Origin: Bacteroidota bacterium
Lineage (GTDB): Bacteria; Bacteroidota; Bacteroidia; Chitinophagales; Chitinophagaceae
Assembly: GCA_023392185.1 (NCBI GenBank)
Contig: JAEVZP010000147.1
Coordinates: forward strand, 1-45,202
Reading direction: 5' to 3'
Length of the DNA: 45,202 nt
In this document: piece by piece, positions 43,360-45,202 of the stretch
Layout of the letters: every line of letters begins with the position of its first letter
How positions within the stretch are numbered: the stretch's first letter is position 1
The notes under the pieces: model-generated
Told to the model about the DNA's origin: nothing
Database searches by the model: none
The model's input: the letters and a program-made list of their open reading frames with translations, nothing else
Position numbers and translations under genes: made by a program

Positions 43360-45202
43360 ATGTCTGCTTCCATTACGTATCTGCCTTTCGACGCCCGCAC
43401 CGTGCCACTTCAGGGCAGCAACCTGATTGAGGCGAGCGCCGGCACCGGAAAAACCTATTCCATTGCGATTATGGTGCTGCGCCTTGTGGTGGAAGAACGC
43501 ATGCCGCCCCAGCAGATTTTAATGGTGACCTTTACGAAGGCGGCGGTTGCGGAACTAAGTGAGCGGGTGCGCCTTTTCATCCGGAAAGCCTATAAATGCA
43601 GCCGGGGCGAAGACTGCGACGACGCGCTGATTGGCCGGATTGTGGCCGAAGCCCAGGCCGGGCCCGACGGCGACACGGTAGAAAAAACCCTGCACCAGGC
43701 GGTCTTGCTCCTCGACGAGCTGCCGGTCCAGACGATTCATGGCTTTTGCCAAACAACGCTGAGCGAGTTTGCTTTTGAAACCGCCCATGCCTTTGCGCCG
43801 GAAATGCTGCCGTCGCTCAAGCCGCTGGCCAAAACGCTTTTTCATCAGTTCTGGCGTCGCCGCATCAACACGCTGCCGCCTGCTTTGCTGCGCCAGCTTG
43901 ATGTGGAAGCGTTGCGCGACAGCCTCGGTCAGACGGTGGAAAGCCACCTGGACAACCGGCTGTATTGGGGTTTTGAAGCGGGGAAAGATTATACGCTGCG
44001 CCCGGAGGAGATAGAAGACTGGCTGGTGCGGATTGGCGAAAGCGGCGAAATTCCGGAACTGCTGGACAAGGCCTACAGCGGCTTATACAACGCTTATCAG
44101 GCCCGCAAGGCCAACGGCCCGAAGCTGGGGCATATCGAGGCGGATAAACGGCCTTATATGCATCCCAAAAGTGCTTTTCTCTCCAAGGTAGAAGGGGATT
44201 ATGCTTTTATCGAAAAGAATTTTGGGGAGACATTGCCTGCTATTGAAGCGCTGTTGGAAGCGGTGGAAGATCGGGAAGAAGTGTTTGCCGAAATCCAGCA
44301 GCGGCTCCGCTACTGGGCCATTTCGGAGATTCTTCAAAAAATAGAAATCATCAAGAAAAAGGCCAACCTGATTACCTTTTCCGACATGATTTCGGAGCTG
44401 CACGCCGCGCTCACCCGCCCCGATAACGAAGCGCTCGTGAACGGGTTACGCGCCAAATACAAAGCAGCTTTCATCGACGAGTTTCAGGACACCGATCGTC
44501 GGCAATACGAGATTTTTAATGCCGCTTTTGGGGAAGAAACAACCTTGTTTCTGATCGGCGACCCCAAGCAAAGCATCTATGGCTTCCGCACGGCTGATGT
44601 GGCTACATATTTTGAAGCCCGCAGCCGCGTAGCGCATGTGTATAGCATGGCGCAGAACTTCCGCTCCGCCGGGCGGCTGATCGAGGCGATGAACACCTTT
44701 TTCAAGCCGTCGCCCGATTTTCAAACCTTCGCCTTTGGCCCCGACGAAGAAGGCTTTGATTATATCCCGGTGAAGAGTCCTGAAAACAACCCGAAGGAAG
44801 GCGTTTTTTGGGGGGAAGTGGGGGAACCGTGTATTGTTATCAGCGAGTCGGAAAACAAGAACGATGTTCACGAGAAAGCAGCTCTGCAAATAGCCGGCTT
44901 GCTGCGCAATGGTTTTAAGATCAAGGAGAAAGGAATTTTCCGGAAAATCCGCCCGTCCGACATTGGGGTTTTAGTACGAACCGGCAAAAACGGTCAGGAG
45001 TTTAAAGCCCGGCTGGCAGCGCTCAATATTCCGGCGGTGTACCGCGACGAAGCCCGCATCCTGGACACGCTGCAGGCCGCCGAACTGGTGCTGTTGCTAC
45101 AGGCCCTTTTAGAGCCTTCAGGTGCCACGATCAACCGCGCTTTGCTCAACACGCTGTTGCCGTTCAACAACGCCGCGCTTCTGCGGCTCAACGACGAAGA
45201 AG
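43360..45202 (+). CDS. recB: exodeoxyribonuclease V beta subunit RecB (UvrD-type helicase-nuclease), N-terminal ~614 codons; continues past the right edge
   Basis: Absent from the ORF track because no stop codon falls within the window. My translation from the ATG at 43360 is MSASITYLPFDARTVPLQGSNLIEASAGTGKTYSIA (Walker A). Further motifs are VQTIHGFC, AFIDEFQDTD (motif II) and LIGDPKQSIYGFR (motif III). The frame is open to 45202. Confidence 0.85.
   Translation, partial: MSASITYLPFDARTVPLQGSNLIEASAGTGKTYSIAIMVLRLVVEERMPPQQILMVTFTKAAVAELSERVRLFIRKAYKCSRGEDCDDALIGRIVAEAQAGPDGDTVEKTLHQAVLLLDELPVQTIHGFCQTTLSEFAFETAHAFAPEMLPSLKPLAKTLFHQFWRRRINTLPPALLRQLDVEALRDSLGQTVESHLDNRLYWGFEAGKDYTLRPEEIEDWLVRIGESGEIPELLDKAYSGLYNAYQARKANGPKLGHIEADKRPYMHPKSAFLSKVEGDYAFIEKNFGETLPAIEALLEAVEDREEVFAEIQQRLRYWAISEILQKIEIIKKKANLITFSDMISELHAALTRPDNEALVNGLRAKYKAAFIDEFQDTDRRQYEIFNAAFGEETTLFLIGDPKQSIYGFRTADVATYFEARSRVAHVYSMAQNFRSAGRLIEAMNTFFKPSPDFQTFAFGPDEEGFDYIPVKSPENNPKEGVFWGEVGEPCIVISESENKNDVHEKAALQIAGLLRNGFKIKEKGIFRKIRPSDIGVLVRTGKNGQEFKARLAALNIPAVYRDEARILDTLQAAELVLLLQALLEPSGATINRALLNTLLPFNNAALLRLNDEE

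Noticed and set aside
37899-45202. The large helicase/nuclease genes as a possible defence island.
   Set aside because: The motifs and lengths fit canonical RecD, RecC and RecB. No methylase, restriction, Abi, toxin-antitoxin or other defence-type genes accompany them.

Overview
This 45.2-kb segment looks like an ordinary chromosomal region of a moderately GC-rich Bacteroidota genome. Supporting cues are a cargo protein with a T9SS C-terminal sorting domain, a TonB-dependent receptor with a CarboxypepD_reg-type N-terminus, GH3-family and DUF5606-like genes, and a Rho with a very large N-terminal insertion. I call 32 protein-coding genes, two of them truncated by the window edges. Most are housekeeping: rluB, hemW, yidC, recJ, kmo, fabG, rho, DAHP synthase/chorismate mutase, lpxB, rsmI and recD-recC-recB. 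There are also a SulP plus beta-carbonic anhydrase pair, two L,D-transpeptidases and a TonB-receptor/lipoprotein locus without a SusD gene. I found no rRNA, tRNA, CRISPR array, transposase, integrase, prophage or recognisable defence genes, and no convincing novel multi-gene system. The best gene-level oddity is a hypothetical ORF cluster at 18826-19881 that is split by a frameshift in a C5 run. The unusual signals lie in the DNA itself. (1) The palindromic octamer TTCCGGAA, usually TTTCCGGAAA, occurs at least 57 times by my hand scan where about 1 is expected. It is enriched in non-coding DNA, is often placed 2-35 nt after stop codons, and three times forms a perfect or near-perfect 10-bp-phased dimer. 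This resembles the cyanobacterial HIP1 phenomenon. (2) A ~235-bp compound inverted repeat carrying 5+5 GTTGGA[A/G] motifs fills the lpxB-rsmI spacer. (3) Several small hairpin or MITE-like repeat families show compensatory stem changes between copies. (4) Two large non-coding gaps remain unexplained (33895-34548 and 6813-7184). (5) Three proteins carry long low-complexity or tandem-repeat extensions (Rho, RluB, DUF5606-like). All counts were made by eye and need computational confirmation.
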